Below are positions 29,637 through 39,255 of a DNA stretch of 64,000 nucleotides, in pieces; position 1 is the stretch's first letter, and every line of letters starts with the position of its first letter. The translations under genes were made by a program, and so were the position numbers. The stretch lies in NCBI GenBank assembly GCA_041946855.1, contig JBHGBE010000009.1, positions 7,838-71,837 on the forward strand, in the 5' to 3' direction. The stretch comes from Phycisphaerae bacterium (lineage in GTDB: Bacteria > Planctomycetota > Phycisphaerae > SM23-33). The notes beneath the pieces are model-generated. The model was not told where the DNA came from. It was given only the letters and a program-made list of their open reading frames with translations, and made no database searches.

Positions 29637-32633
29637 TCATGCCGGCGGCGGTGGTGGTGGCATCGGCGGCGGTTCGGGCGGCGCGGGCAATGGGGCCTGC
29701 TCCGCCTGACTTGGCGTCTGGGGCTCGGCCGGCGGCGCGGCAGTTTCATCAGAAGCCTGAGTCGGCGGCATTTCCGCTGCCGGTGTTTCCGGCTCCTTTG
29801 CGGCCTGCTGAACCGCCGGTTCCGTGGAAGGCGGCTTGTCAGCCTCCTTGTGCCTGGCGGGGCGCTCTTCCGGCTCGGCCGGCGGGCGGACGCGGATGGG
29901 CTCCAGGTCGGCCAGGGGGACTTCCATCTCGAAGATGCCGCTTTGGACCGTTGCGACGCCCTTGTCGGCGTTCATGCGGATGAGCGTGGCCCGCTTGTTG
30001 AACGGGACGACGAAGACCTGCTGGCCGGGCTCGATCTTCAGGAGCTGCTCGCGCAGCGCCTCGGCCGCCTTGCCGTCGGCCTTGCCTCGGTGCATGGGGC
30101 CGTCGGGGATGGGCTCGCGCGGCGGTCGGTGTGCCTGCGGCGGGCGCTGGGCCTGTCCGTGCGCCTGGCCGCCGACTTTGCCCTGCGGGCCTCGCTCGCG
30201 CTGGTCGCGGCGATCACGGCCGCCCTGTGGCACGCGCTCCTGACCACGTTGCGGATAGCGGCCCTGGGGACGGCCCTGGCCGCGATCGTGGCCGTAACCC
30301 GCGCCGACGGCCTCGGCCTGCGGCGGCCGTTGGCGCGGAGGCGCTGGCGGCTGGTATTGCGGCAGGTGCGCGAACGGCCCGGTCTGCGGGAACAATTCCG
30401 ACAGCGGAAGCTCCAGCTCGCGCGGCTCCTTGCCGCCGCCCTCGTCGATGAGCACGGTCGCGCGAAGGCCCTGAAGGTCGACCTTCGTGATCTTGCCGCG
30501 TCCCGGCCGCTGCGAGATCGGCACCTCGTCGCCGGCCTTCACGCGGGCGATCGCGCCCAGCCAGTTGTCGAACTGCCTCGCCCGCTCCTTCTGCTGCACC
30601 AGGCTGCGGTGGTACTCCTCCTGGATGTGCTGGGCCTGCGCGCGGGCCTCCTCGGTGGCGCGGGCCTGGTCCATGATCTGCTGGCGGAGGGCCGCGATCT
30701 GCTCGCGGACCTGGTTCTGCCCGAGGTCCGGCATGAGCTCCGGCAGCGGCACCTCGATCTGGAGATTGTCAACGTCCACCAGCGCGATCTGCCTGTGCAG
30801 CTCCAGGCGGACCAAATGGCCGGTCTTCTTGAGCGAAGGCACGAAGACCTCGTCGCCGGTCTTGAGTTCGCCCAGGCGCGCCAGCCACGTCTCGAACTCG
30901 GCCTGGAGGCGGTGCAGGTCGGCGAGCTTGGCCTGGTAGACCTCGCTCTGGCTTCTTGCCTCGGACTGCGCGGCCAGCGCATCGGCCCGCGCGGCCTCGG
31001 CCGACTTGCGGACGGCCGTCGTCGCGGCGATGGCCTTGCGGAACTGCTTGCCCTGCGCGGAAAGGTGATTGCGGGCCGCCGCGATCATCCGCTTTGGCAG
31101 GCCGAGCTTCTGCGCGACGACGATGGCGTGGCTCTCGCCGGGCGTTCCGATGAGCAGCTTGTAAGTCGGCGAGAGCGTGGCCGTGTCGAACTCAACGGAG
31201 GCGTTGTCGACCCGCTCGTTGCCGAACGCATAGGCCTTCAGCACGCTCAGGTGCGTCGTGGCCATGCCGAGGCAGCCGATGGCGCGAAGCTCGTCAAGCA
31301 CCGCCTGGCCGATCGCGCCGCCCTCGTCGGGGTCGGTCCCGCTGCCAAGCTCATCCAGCAGCACCAGGCTGTGTGCGGTGGCCTTGTGCAGGATGTAGCG
31401 GATGCGCTTGATGTGCGCGCCGAAGGTCGAGAGCGATTGCTGTAGGCTCTGCTCGTCGCCCACGTCGATGTAGACGTCGTGGAACGCGGGCATGGTCGCT
31501 CCGCGGGCCGCCGGGATGTGCATGCCCGACTGCGCCATGAGCACCAGCGTCGCGACGGTCTTGAGCGTCACCGTCTTGCCGCCGGTGTTGGAGCCGGTGA
31601 TGACCAGCAGGTCGAAGTCCTGCCCCAGCCGCACGTCGATTGGCACGACCGGATGTCGGTCCTCGGGCCTGACGCCGGCCCGCTCCTGCCGCCGCGCCTG
31701 GTCGATCAGCAGCGGGTGCCGCGCCTGCGTGAAGACGACCGGCCCGCGCTCGCCGACCTCCGGGCAGGTCATCTCGAACTGATACGAGTACTGCGCCTTG
31801 GCGGAGATCAGGTCAACCTGCGACAGGACGCGCATGGTGGCGGCGATCTCCTCGGCCCGTGCCGAGATTCGGATCGCCAACTGGTTCAGCAGGCGCTGCA
31901 CCTCGTTTCGCTCATCCTGCGCCAAGTCGGCCAGCAGGTTGTTCAGCTCGACGCACTGCTGCGGCTCCACGAAGACGGTCGAGCCGGTATTGCTCTCGCG
32001 GTGGACTACGCCCGACAGCCGTCCGCGGTTCTCGGCCTTGAGCGGCAGCACGTACCGGTCGCCGTGCAGCATGACGACCGTGCTCTGGAGAAGCTTGGCG
32101 ACGTCGGGGTCGCGGACAAAGCCGCTGACCACGTCGTGGATGTGCCGGGAGGTCTGCTCCATCTGCCGGCGGACCTCGGCCAGGCGCATGGATGCCTCAT
32201 CCTTCACGCGCCCGTCGGCGGCGACGATGGACCACACGGCCGCGATCTCTCCGGAAAAGTCCGTGATGCCGGCGGACATCTCGCGGAGGGCATCAAGCTC
32301 CTCGCCAAGGGAGTCCAGGTACTTCTTGATGTTGCCCGCGCCTTCGAGCGCGCCGGCGATGGCGACGTAATCCTGGCCCGACGCACCGCCGCCGGGCCTG
32401 GCGCGCTCGAGGGCGGCCGTGATGTCCGTCACGCCGCCGAAGGGCGGCAGGCCCTTGTCCTTGTGCGCCTTGACCATCTGCGTGACCTGGGAGAGCCACT
32501 TGCGGATGACCTCCGGGTTGCGCGACGGGCTGATGTGCCGCGCCAGCTCCTTGCCAAGGCTGCACGCGCAGAACTCCGCCAGTATGCGGCGGATTTCACC
32601 GAACTCGATCTTGTTCAGCGTAAATGAGTCCAC
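29637..32633 (-). CDS. mutS2: MutS2-family ATPase with three KOW-like domains and no recognisable Smr domain
   Basis: TGSTVFVEP, ARHPLL, ITGSNTGGKT, QSLSTF, DELGSGTDP and NASVEFD. Confidence 0.9.
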   Translation of the reverse strand: MDSFTLNKIEFGEIRRILAEFCACSLGKELARHISPSRNPEVIRKWLSQVTQMVKAHKDKGLPPFGGVTDITAALERARPGGGASGQDYVAIAGALEGAGNIKKYLDSLGEELDALREMSAGITDFSGEIAAVWSIVAADGRVKDEASMRLAEVRRQMEQTSRHIHDVVSGFVRDPDVAKLLQSTVVMLHGDRYVLPLKAENRGRLSGVVHRESNTGSTVFVEPQQCVELNNLLADLAQDERNEVQRLLNQLAIRISARAEEIAATMRVLSQVDLISAKAQYSYQFEMTCPEVGERGPVVFTQARHPLLIDQARRQERAGVRPEDRHPVVPIDVRLGQDFDLLVITGSNTGGKTVTLKTVATLVLMAQSGMHIPAARGATMPAFHDVYIDVGDEQSLQQSLSTFGAHIKRIRYILHKATAHSLVLLDELGSGTDPDEGGAIGQAVLDELRAIGCLGMATTHLSVLKAYAFGNERVDNASVEFDTATLSPTYKLLIGTPGESHAIVVAQKLGLPKRMIAAARNHLSAQGKQFRKAIAATTAVRKSAEAARADALAAQSEARSQSEVYQAKLADLHRLQAEFETWLARLGELKTGDEVFVPSLKKTGHLVRLELHRQIALVDVDNLQIEVPLPELMPDLGQNQVREQIAALRQQIMDQARATEEARAQAQHIQEEYHRSLVQQKERARQFDNWLGAIARVKAGDEVPISQRPGRGKITKVDLQGLRATVLIDEGGGKEPRELELPLSELFPQTGPFAHLPQYQPPAPPRQRPPQAEAVGAGYGHDRGQGRPQGRYPQRGQERVPQGGRDRRDQRERGPQGKVGGQAHGQAQRPPQAHRPPREPIPDGPMHRGKADGKAAEALREQLLKIEPGQQVFVVPFNKRATLIRMNADKGVATVQSGIFEMEVPLADLEPIRVRPPAEPEERPARHKEADKPPSTEPAVQQAAKEPETPAAEMPPTQASDETAAPPAEPQTPSQAEQAPLPAPPEPPPMPPPPPPA

Positions 32634-32663
32634 GTCCGTCCTCGATCTGGGAAGAAACACTGT

Positions 32664-32855
32664 AGGGATACACGTGATACAAGGGATGACAGGGATTCAA
32701 GCCAATGCCACGATGGAAGCCCTGGCGGCATTACGAGTCCGCTTGATAGGCTGCTTTCGCTCCTCGCGAGGTCTCTGCCGGCCAAGCGGCGCGCCGAAGG
32801 TTTCCGGGCGACGAAGATCATTTCCTCTGAATCCCTTGCATCCCCTTCATCCCTG
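32664..32855. repeat. Inverted arrays of 9-bp tandem repeats
   Basis: GGGATACAC GTGATACAA GGGATGACA GGGATTCA versus TGAATCCCTTGC ATCCCCTTC ATCCCTG; contains the epimerase stop codon. Confidence 0.65.
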
Positions 32856-33809
32856 TTTCGTTGTCAGCCGGCCGTTGGCCAGGAGCCATTCGATGCACTC
32901 GCGGCAGGCCTCCAGCGACGTGTATCGCGGCTGGTAGCCAAGGCGCCGGCGGCCCTTTTCGATGCTCAGGCACGGGCTTCGCGAGATGTGCTCGATGGTC
33001 TGCTCGGCGTCCGCCGGTGCGATGGTCTTGGCCAGTTCGCCGGCCGGCGCGAACTTCAGCCGCGGCTCGCGCCCGAACCACTCGTAGGCCGCCCTCGCGT
33101 AGCCCAGCAGCGTGACCGCGCCGGGCGAGACCGCGTGGAAGCTCTCGCCGACGGACTGGCTGGGGTTCTGGATGGCCTTCTGGAAGACCTGCGCGACATC
33201 ATCCGCGTGGACGTGGTGCAGGCACTCCAGCCCCATGTTCGGCAGCGTCAGTTCGCCGCCGTCGATGATCGTCTGCCAGACCGCCAGGTTGAAGTTCCCC
33301 TGCGGGTTGACGCACGGCCAGCCGGGGCCGACGATGTGGCCGGGGTGGACCACCGTGGCGGGAAAGCCGTTTCGCCAGGCCTCGGCCATCAGAAGCTCCT
33401 CGATGGCGTTCTTGCTGATGCCGTACTGGCCGATGGGCCTGCGGCGGGCGGATTCGGGCGTGGGGACGACCTCGGCCTCGCCGTGGACCCACGCGGTGCC
33501 CGTCAGGAGGAAGTGCCGCACCTTGCCGCGCAGCGCCTCGACCAGGGCGGCGGCGCTGGCGGGGGTAAAGCAGATGTTGTCGATGACCGCGTCGGGCTTG
33601 AGGTCCGCGACCCGGCGCGGGAAGGCCCCAGTCTTGTCCTCGGCATGGCGGTCCGCGGCGACGGACTTCACGCCGGCCCACTGCGGGGCGGCGATGTAGG
33701 GCTTGCGCGCCTGCCGGCTGATGTTGATGACTTCGTGGCCGGCCTGCACCAATCGAGGGACGAGATACGTTCCGATGTGCCCGCTTCCGCCGATGATGAC
33801 GATACGCAT
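32847..33809 (-). CDS. NAD-dependent epimerase/dehydratase
   Basis: GGSGHIG Rossmann motif and YGISK. Confidence 0.9.
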   Translation of the reverse strand: MRIVIIGGSGHIGTYLVPRLVQAGHEVINISRQARKPYIAAPQWAGVKSVAADRHAEDKTGAFPRRVADLKPDAVIDNICFTPASAAALVEALRGKVRHFLLTGTAWVHGEAEVVPTPESARRRPIGQYGISKNAIEELLMAEAWRNGFPATVVHPGHIVGPGWPCVNPQGNFNLAVWQTIIDGGELTLPNMGLECLHHVHADDVAQVFQKAIQNPSQSVGESFHAVSPGAVTLLGYARAAYEWFGREPRLKFAPAGELAKTIAPADAEQTIEHISRSPCLSIEKGRRRLGYQPRYTSLEACRECIEWLLANGRLTTKQG

Positions 33810-34029
33810 CGTCAGTTCCTTCTGATCGCCAGGGACACACGGTCCGCCCAGGCGTCTGGATGATGTCACACGGCCGACTGGGTATTGTACCCCTGTTCCT
33901 GGGAACGCAACAGGGGCTTCGCGGGCCGACGTGTCGAATTTTGCACTGGTTTGGACATTGCCCGACGGCCGCCCTTAGGGTATGAAGGAACGGTACACTA
34001 TCGCAAAACAGAAAGGGAAAGGACTAGCC

Positions 34030-34584
34030 ATGGTACCGCTCTTAATCGTTCTGGGAGTCATCGTCGTGCTGGCGCTGTTCGTGGTGGGGATCTACAACGG
34101 CCTGGTTCAGAAGCGCATCCGCACGCAGGAGGCATGGAGCCAGATCGACGTGCAGCTAAAGCGTAGGTACGACCTGATCCCCAACCTGGTGGAGACGGTC
34201 AAGGGCTACGCCGCGCACGAGCGCGGCACGCTGGAGGCGGTCATCCAGGCCCGCAACGGCGCGATGGCCGCGCAGGGCGTGGCCGCCAAGGCGGAGGCGG
34301 AGAACATGCTGACCGGGGCGCTGCGGCAGCTCTTCGCCGTGGCCGAGGCATACCCGAACCTGAAGGCCAACGAGAACTTCGCCCAGCTCCAGGAGGAGCT
34401 GACCGGCACCGAGAACCGCATCTCCTTCGCCCGCCAGCACTACAACGACACGGTGGCGATCTACAACACGGCCCGCCAGGTCTTCCCAAACAACATCATC
34501 GCCGGCATGTTCAACTTCGCGGCGGCGGAGTTCTTCGAGATCCCGGAAGCGGCGCAGAAGGAGGCGCCGAAGGTGAAGTTCTAA
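34030..34584 (+). CDS. lemA: LemA family protein
   Basis: YNGLV..WSQIDVQLKRRYDLIPNLVETVKGY..EAYPNLKANENF. Confidence 0.95.
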   Translation: MVPLLIVLGVIVVLALFVVGIYNGLVQKRIRTQEAWSQIDVQLKRRYDLIPNLVETVKGYAAHERGTLEAVIQARNGAMAAQGVAAKAEAENMLTGALRQLFAVAEAYPNLKANENFAQLQEELTGTENRISFARQHYNDTVAIYNTARQVFPNNIIAGMFNFAAAEFFEIPEAAQKEAPKVKF

Positions 34585-34593
34585 CTGCCACGG

Positions 34594-35146
34594 CAATATT
34601 CAATATTCAACACTCAAGCTCAATGCTCAAGTGAACGGCAATAGCGGACAAGGCAAGACAGGCTTTGCGGACATTGCCCGGACGGGGCATGTGCCCCGAA
34701 GGCGTGAATACGACCTTGAGCAGAGGCTGATCAACTTCGCGATCATGATCATCGAGATCGTCGAACGCCTGCCAGATACGCGTGTGGGAAACCACATAGC
34801 TGGCCAGTTGCTGCGCTGCGGCACCAGCCCAGCCGCCAACTACGGCGAAGCCGAGGCGGCCGAATCACGCGAGGACTTCGTACACAAGATCAAGGTCGTG
34901 CTCAAGGAGTTGAAGGAGTCGCGAGTGTGGCTGACCATCATTGACAGGAAGAAGATGGTGACGCCTCCACAGATCGTGAAGGATGCTCTCGTGGAATGCG
35001 GTGAACTGGCGGCAATCTTCTCAACGAGCGTCGCAACGGCAAGACGCAATCTCGAGCGCAAGTGACACTGGCACCAGGCTCCTGCATCGTTGAGCCTTGG
35101 GCTTCCACTTGAGCATTGAACATTGAGTGTTGAATATTGAATATTG
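34594..35146. mobile_element. Cassette bounded by ~42-bp heptamer-array inverted repeats, carrying a four-helix-bundle gene
   Basis: CAATATTCAATATTCAACACTCAAGCTCAATGCTCAAGTG (34594-34633) is near-perfectly complementary to 35105-35146; the cassette separates lemA from htpX. Mobility is inferred. Confidence 0.6.
34631..35065 (+). CDS. Four-helix-bundle protein (23S rRNA IVP/TIGR02436-like)
   Basis: DLEQRLINFA..QLLRCGTSPAANYGEA..SREDFVHK..LKELKES..WL. Confidence 0.9.
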   Translation: MNGNSGQGKTGFADIARTGHVPRRREYDLEQRLINFAIMIIEIVERLPDTRVGNHIAGQLLRCGTSPAANYGEAEAAESREDFVHKIKVVLKELKESRVWLTIIDRKKMVTPPQIVKDALVECGELAAIFSTSVATARRNLERK

Positions 35147-35172
35147 TCCTTTTTCCGTCAAGTAGGCGGCGC

Positions 35173-36111
35173 ATGTCCACCGAAACCTTCTACACGCTCA
35201 TCTCCCGCAACAAGCGCAATAGCTGGATTTTGATTATTGTCTTCACGCTCTTCTTCATCGGCCTGGGCCTGTTGATCGGGGCCGTCTGGGGCGGCGGGCA
35301 GGCCGCGTTCAGCATCACCGTGGCCGTCGTCGCGGCCGTGATCGCGTTCATCATCACGCTGGCCAGCTACTACGGCGGCCCGTCGCTGCTCCTGAGCATG
35401 TCGCGGGCCCGTGAGATCACGCACGACGACGACCCGCAGCTCTTCAACGTCGTCGAGGAGCTGAGCATCGCGGGCGGGATGCCGATGCCGCGCGTCTTCA
35501 TCATAGACGAGCCTGCCATGAACGCCTTCGCCACCGGGCGCAACCCGCAAAACGCGGCCGTCGCCATCACCAGCGGCCTGCGGACGCGGCTGAAGCGTGA
35601 TGAGCTTCAGGGCGTGATGGCCCACGAGCTCTCGCACGTGCGGAACTACGATATCCTCTTCTCGATGCTCGTGGCCGTCATGGTCGGCGTGATCGTGATG
35701 ATGTGCGACGTGTTCCTGCGGAGCATGTGGTGGGGCGGTGGCCGGCGGAGCCGCAGCCGCGAACGCGAGGGAGGCGGAGGCGGGATTCAGATCATATTCA
35801 TGGTCGTGGCCCTCGTCCTGGCGATCATCGCGCCGATCCTGGCGAAGGTCATCGAGATGGCTCTGTCGCGGCAGCGCGAGTACATGGCCGACGCCGGCAG
35901 CGTCGAGCTGACCCGCAACCCGCAGGGCCTCATCGGCGCGCTTGAGAAACTGGCCGGCGACCAGGAAGTGCTCCAGGTCGCCAACCGCGCGACGGCCGGG
36001 CTCTACTTCGTCCACCCCATCAAGCGGTTCGAGGGAGGCCAGAGCAGCATGTTCGACAGCCACCCGGCGATCCAGGACCGCATCGCCCGCATCCAGTCGC
36101 TGACGGTGTAG
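35173..36111 (+). CDS. htpX: HtpX-like M48 zinc metalloprotease
   Basis: NAFATG, AHELSH, SRQREYMAD and SHP; LemA neighbour. Confidence 0.88.
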   Translation: MSTETFYTLISRNKRNSWILIIVFTLFFIGLGLLIGAVWGGGQAAFSITVAVVAAVIAFIITLASYYGGPSLLLSMSRAREITHDDDPQLFNVVEELSIAGGMPMPRVFIIDEPAMNAFATGRNPQNAAVAITSGLRTRLKRDELQGVMAHELSHVRNYDILFSMLVAVMVGVIVMMCDVFLRSMWWGGGRRSRSREREGGGGGIQIIFMVVALVLAIIAPILAKVIEMALSRQREYMADAGSVELTRNPQGLIGALEKLAGDQEVLQVANRATAGLYFVHPIKRFEGGQSSMFDSHPAIQDRIARIQSLTV

Positions 36112-36158
36112 GGCTCGCGTTCCGCAACTGGCCACTGCTTCGGGCCGATATCAGGGAA

Positions 36159-36917
36159 ATGCACGACTCGCATTGGGAGGCCGTCGGTTTCCTCTGCCGG
36201 TGGTGCCTGCTGGCGCTGGCGTGTACGGCCATCGCGGCCGTGTTGTGGGTCAGCGCGGCCGGGGCAGTCGCCGGGCGAGGGGACCAAACCAAGTTGACCT
36301 TCCCCGATCGCATCAAGCCGCCTGAGGGAGTGCCGATATGCGGGCTGCTGCGACCAAGCAATGGCGGGGGTTCGCAGGGCGACTTCATCGTCGCGCCGCC
36401 CGGCGGCGAGGCGAAGGCCGCCATCACCGGGGACAGCGAGGTGTGGATCCTAGTTGACCAGGCGCGCGCCGGCGGGAATCGGTTCATTGTGAAGGGCTCG
36501 CCCTACGGTCCGACGGCCATGATCTCGCAGGAGGCCAAGGTCATCGGCATCGGCGAGGGCGCGGAACTATTCGCGATCGATGCACGGATTCCGCTGCGCG
36601 GGTCCGGGCCGCAGCGCGAGGGGCTCTCGCGGCGCATCGATGCGCTCCGCGGGCTGGGTACGGTGGTCTTCTTCGACGGCGACGATGTGACACAGTACGC
36701 GCGCGACCGGGCGGCCCTGGCGGCCATGGGCTTGGACATTCCCATCATCGGCCGTCCCTGCGACAAGTCCGATTGGCCGGCGGTTCTGTGTGAGATTGCC
36801 GGCTCCGTCCGCCAGGCGAAGGGGCGGGTGAAGATCATCACGGCCGACGGCGAACTGGCCCGCGCGGCGGCCGCCGAGGGCCTGGCCGTGGAAGGTTTCA
36901 ACCTCGGCCTGCCATGA
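36159..36917 (+). CDS. Hypothetical membrane-anchored protein
   Basis: ORF with an N-terminal hydrophobic segment that fills the intergenic gap on the operon strand. Confidence 0.5.
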   Translation: MHDSHWEAVGFLCRWCLLALACTAIAAVLWVSAAGAVAGRGDQTKLTFPDRIKPPEGVPICGLLRPSNGGGSQGDFIVAPPGGEAKAAITGDSEVWILVDQARAGGNRFIVKGSPYGPTAMISQEAKVIGIGEGAELFAIDARIPLRGSGPQREGLSRRIDALRGLGTVVFFDGDDVTQYARDRAALAAMGLDIPIIGRPCDKSDWPAVLCEIAGSVRQAKGRVKIITADGELARAAAAEGLAVEGFNLGLP

Positions 36918-36952
36918 GCCATGCGCTGCCCGTCCTTGGTGCATCTGTGAAT

Positions 36953-37051
36953 GTGGCATGGGCGTCTCGCCCGTGCGTCTCGCAGGCGTCTCGCCTGCGG
37001 AAACAGCGGCCGGGACGGCCGCGAGACGCGCGGGCCAGAGGCCCACGCCAC
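36953..37051. repeat. REP-like element, family copy 2 (inverted relative to 29519)
   Basis: GTGGCATGGGCGTCTCGCCCG...AGACGCGCGGGCCAGAGGCCCACGCCAC. Confidence 0.75.
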
Positions 37052-37151
37052 ATACCGTAGATGCCCCGCGATCCAGACAGTCGAAAGAACCGCCTGCCGC
37101 ACGGCCGATAAACACCCAGGATGGGCCATCCCTGACCCAAGAGGACAGTTG

Positions 37152-37823
37152 ATGCGCCGAAGTCTCGCCCTGACATGCCTTGCCGCGACGCTCTTGGCGC
37201 CCGCACTGGCGGGGTGCGGACACTCGAGCTCGAGGATGGGCACCATCATCCCGGCGCCACCGTACACGGCCGGCCCAAGCCACGCCAATGATGGCAACGT
37301 CGTGCGGCCCGACCCGCCCGCCGGCGATCCGTGGGCCGTGCCCCCATCCGTCGAGGGCCGCGCGTGGCGGTACATCGTCGTCCACCACAGCGCGACCGAC
37401 CACGGCAGCGCCGCCACCATCGACGCCGCGCACAAGGCCCGCGGCTGGCAGGGGCTGGGCTACGACTTCGTCATCGACAACGGCAACGGCGGCCCCGACG
37501 GGCGCGTGGAGGTCGGCCCCCGCTGGCGCCAGCAGAGCGTCGGCGCCCACACCGGCGGCACGCCCGGCAACGCCTACAACGAGCACGGCATCGGCATCTG
37601 CCTGATCGGCAACTTCACCAAGCGCACGCCCTCGGCCGCCCAGCTCGCCTCGCTCAACCGGCTGGTTTCATACCTGGCGGCCAAGTACAGCATCTCCGTG
37701 GGGAACATCATCGGCCATCGCGACGCCCCCAACGCCCACACGGAATGCCCGGGCGACCTGCTCTGGTCCTACGTCCACGGCCAGCTTCGCGCCAACGTCG
37801 CCAGGCAGGTCGCGTGGAGGTAG
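37152..37823 (+). CDS. N-acetylmuramoyl-L-alanine amidase (Amidase_2/PGRP-like), lipoprotein
   Basis: LAGC lipobox; IVVHHSA, GYDFVI, GAH, IGICLIGNF, GHRD and TECPG. Confidence 0.9.
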   Translation: MRRSLALTCLAATLLAPALAGCGHSSSRMGTIIPAPPYTAGPSHANDGNVVRPDPPAGDPWAVPPSVEGRAWRYIVVHHSATDHGSAATIDAAHKARGWQGLGYDFVIDNGNGGPDGRVEVGPRWRQQSVGAHTGGTPGNAYNEHGIGICLIGNFTKRTPSAAQLASLNRLVSYLAAKYSISVGNIIGHRDAPNAHTECPGDLLWSYVHGQLRANVARQVAWR

Positions 37824-37916
37824 CGTAACGGCATTACCTCTTCCGTTACCGCGGGCCGGCATTATCGGGTATAATGCCTGCCAATCACGGACGATCATCC
37901 GTTGCCGGAGTGTGCC

Positions 37917-38627
37917 ATGGAAACGGCCAGAAGACGCCGCCGAAGACGACCTCCCCGCGTCCGGCCCGCAAGGCGGCGGATGCGCTCCCGCGTCAGGAGA
38001 ACCGCGCACTACGCGTGGCGGCGGTGGGTCCGCCGGCAGAAGCGCAAGCCCGTGCCGCTGATCTGCCTGGCGGCCGCGCTGGTCCTGGCGCCGATCGTCG
38101 TGGTCGCGGCCGTCAGGTTCGCCGAAACCGCCACGGCCCCTGTCCCATCGCCGCCGCCTGGCCGTGTGTGGCGGCACATCGTCATCCACCACTCGGCCAG
38201 CGACGGGGGCAACGCCGAGACCTTCGACGCCATGCACAAGGCCCGCGGCTGGCAGGGGCTCGGCTACCATTTCGTCATCGACAACGGCAACGGCGGCCCC
38301 GACGGCAACCTGGAGATCGGCTGGCGCTGGGAGCAGCAGGCGGCCGGGGCCCACACCGGCGGTACTCCGCACGGCGAGTACAACGCGCACGGCATAGGTA
38401 TCTGTCTCGTCGGCAACTTCGTGAAGCACTCCCCGTCGCCGGCGCAGCTTGCGGAGCTGAACCGCCTGGTCGATGAGCTTGTGCGGCGGTACCGCATACC
38501 GCCCGAGCGCATCATCGGCCATCGCGACGCCCCCAACGCCAAGACCGAATGCCCCGGGGACATGCTCTGGGCCTACGTCCACGGCCCGCTTCGCGACAGG
38601 ATTGCCGGAGAGTATGCCGGGCAGTAG
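37917..38627 (+). CDS. Second Amidase_2 paralogue with an Arg-rich N-terminus and TM anchor
   Basis: IVIHHSA, GYHFVI, GHRD and TECPG. Confidence 0.88.
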   Translation: METARRRRRRRPPRVRPARRRMRSRVRRTAHYAWRRWVRRQKRKPVPLICLAAALVLAPIVVVAAVRFAETATAPVPSPPPGRVWRHIVIHHSASDGGNAETFDAMHKARGWQGLGYHFVIDNGNGGPDGNLEIGWRWEQQAAGAHTGGTPHGEYNAHGIGICLVGNFVKHSPSPAQLAELNRLVDELVRRYRIPPERIIGHRDAPNAKTECPGDMLWAYVHGPLRDRIAGEYAGQ

Positions 38628-38661
38628 TCTAGCAGGTCGTTGAAGAATTGGCACGGCCATC

Positions 38662-39148
38662 TTGGCCGTGAGTTTCACGGGCGTCCGCCCGGCCGTCATC
38701 GTGGTGATGCTCATGCTCATGGCGTGGTCGATCATCTTCCTGACGGCCACCGGCCGGTACTTCAGCGCCCGCCTGAGGAAGGCGGTGACGGCCGTGCTGA
38801 TGAACTTCGCCCTGGGCGTAGCGCTGTGGGGCCTCGTGCCGCTGCTATTGGGCGCAGCGATGGAGATCGCCGGCAAGTACCAGCACGGGGCCCGTGGAGA
38901 CGGTCCTGTGCGCCAACCCGGTCGTGCAGGCGATCGCCATCGCCGATGGCAACAGGCGCAGGATCAGTCAGTATGCCGCCGACTTCTCATGGGTCCCCAC
39001 AGACCAAGCGCCGTTTGCCTGGCCGACGGGGCCGATGAGCCTGGCGGACACGTTCATGATCATGTTCGTCAGCATGTTCGCTTACTGCACGGTGTCGGGC
39101 CTGTTCCTGGGCCGGGCGAAACGGCTGCTCCGGCGAAACCTGTCTTGA
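38662..39148 (+). pseudogene. Frameshifted C-terminal fragment of an ABC-2-type permease-like membrane protein
   Basis: TM segments continue across a frame change near 38890 (GKYQHG to ETVLCANPVVQ); no N-terminus. Confidence 0.5.
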
Positions 39149-39212
39149 TTGCGGATTGTGGATTTCCGTGCAGACGACGATTGCGGGAATTCGCATTCCG
39201 CAATCCGCAATT
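39147..39212. repeat. Heptamer-array hairpin (GATTGCG type)
   Basis: GATTGCG GATTGTG GATT ... AATTCGC ATTCCGC AATCCGC AAT. Confidence 0.7.
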
Positions 39213-39255
39213 GAATATTCCACATTCGCGCGGTCGCCCTTATTATCTAATCGCA

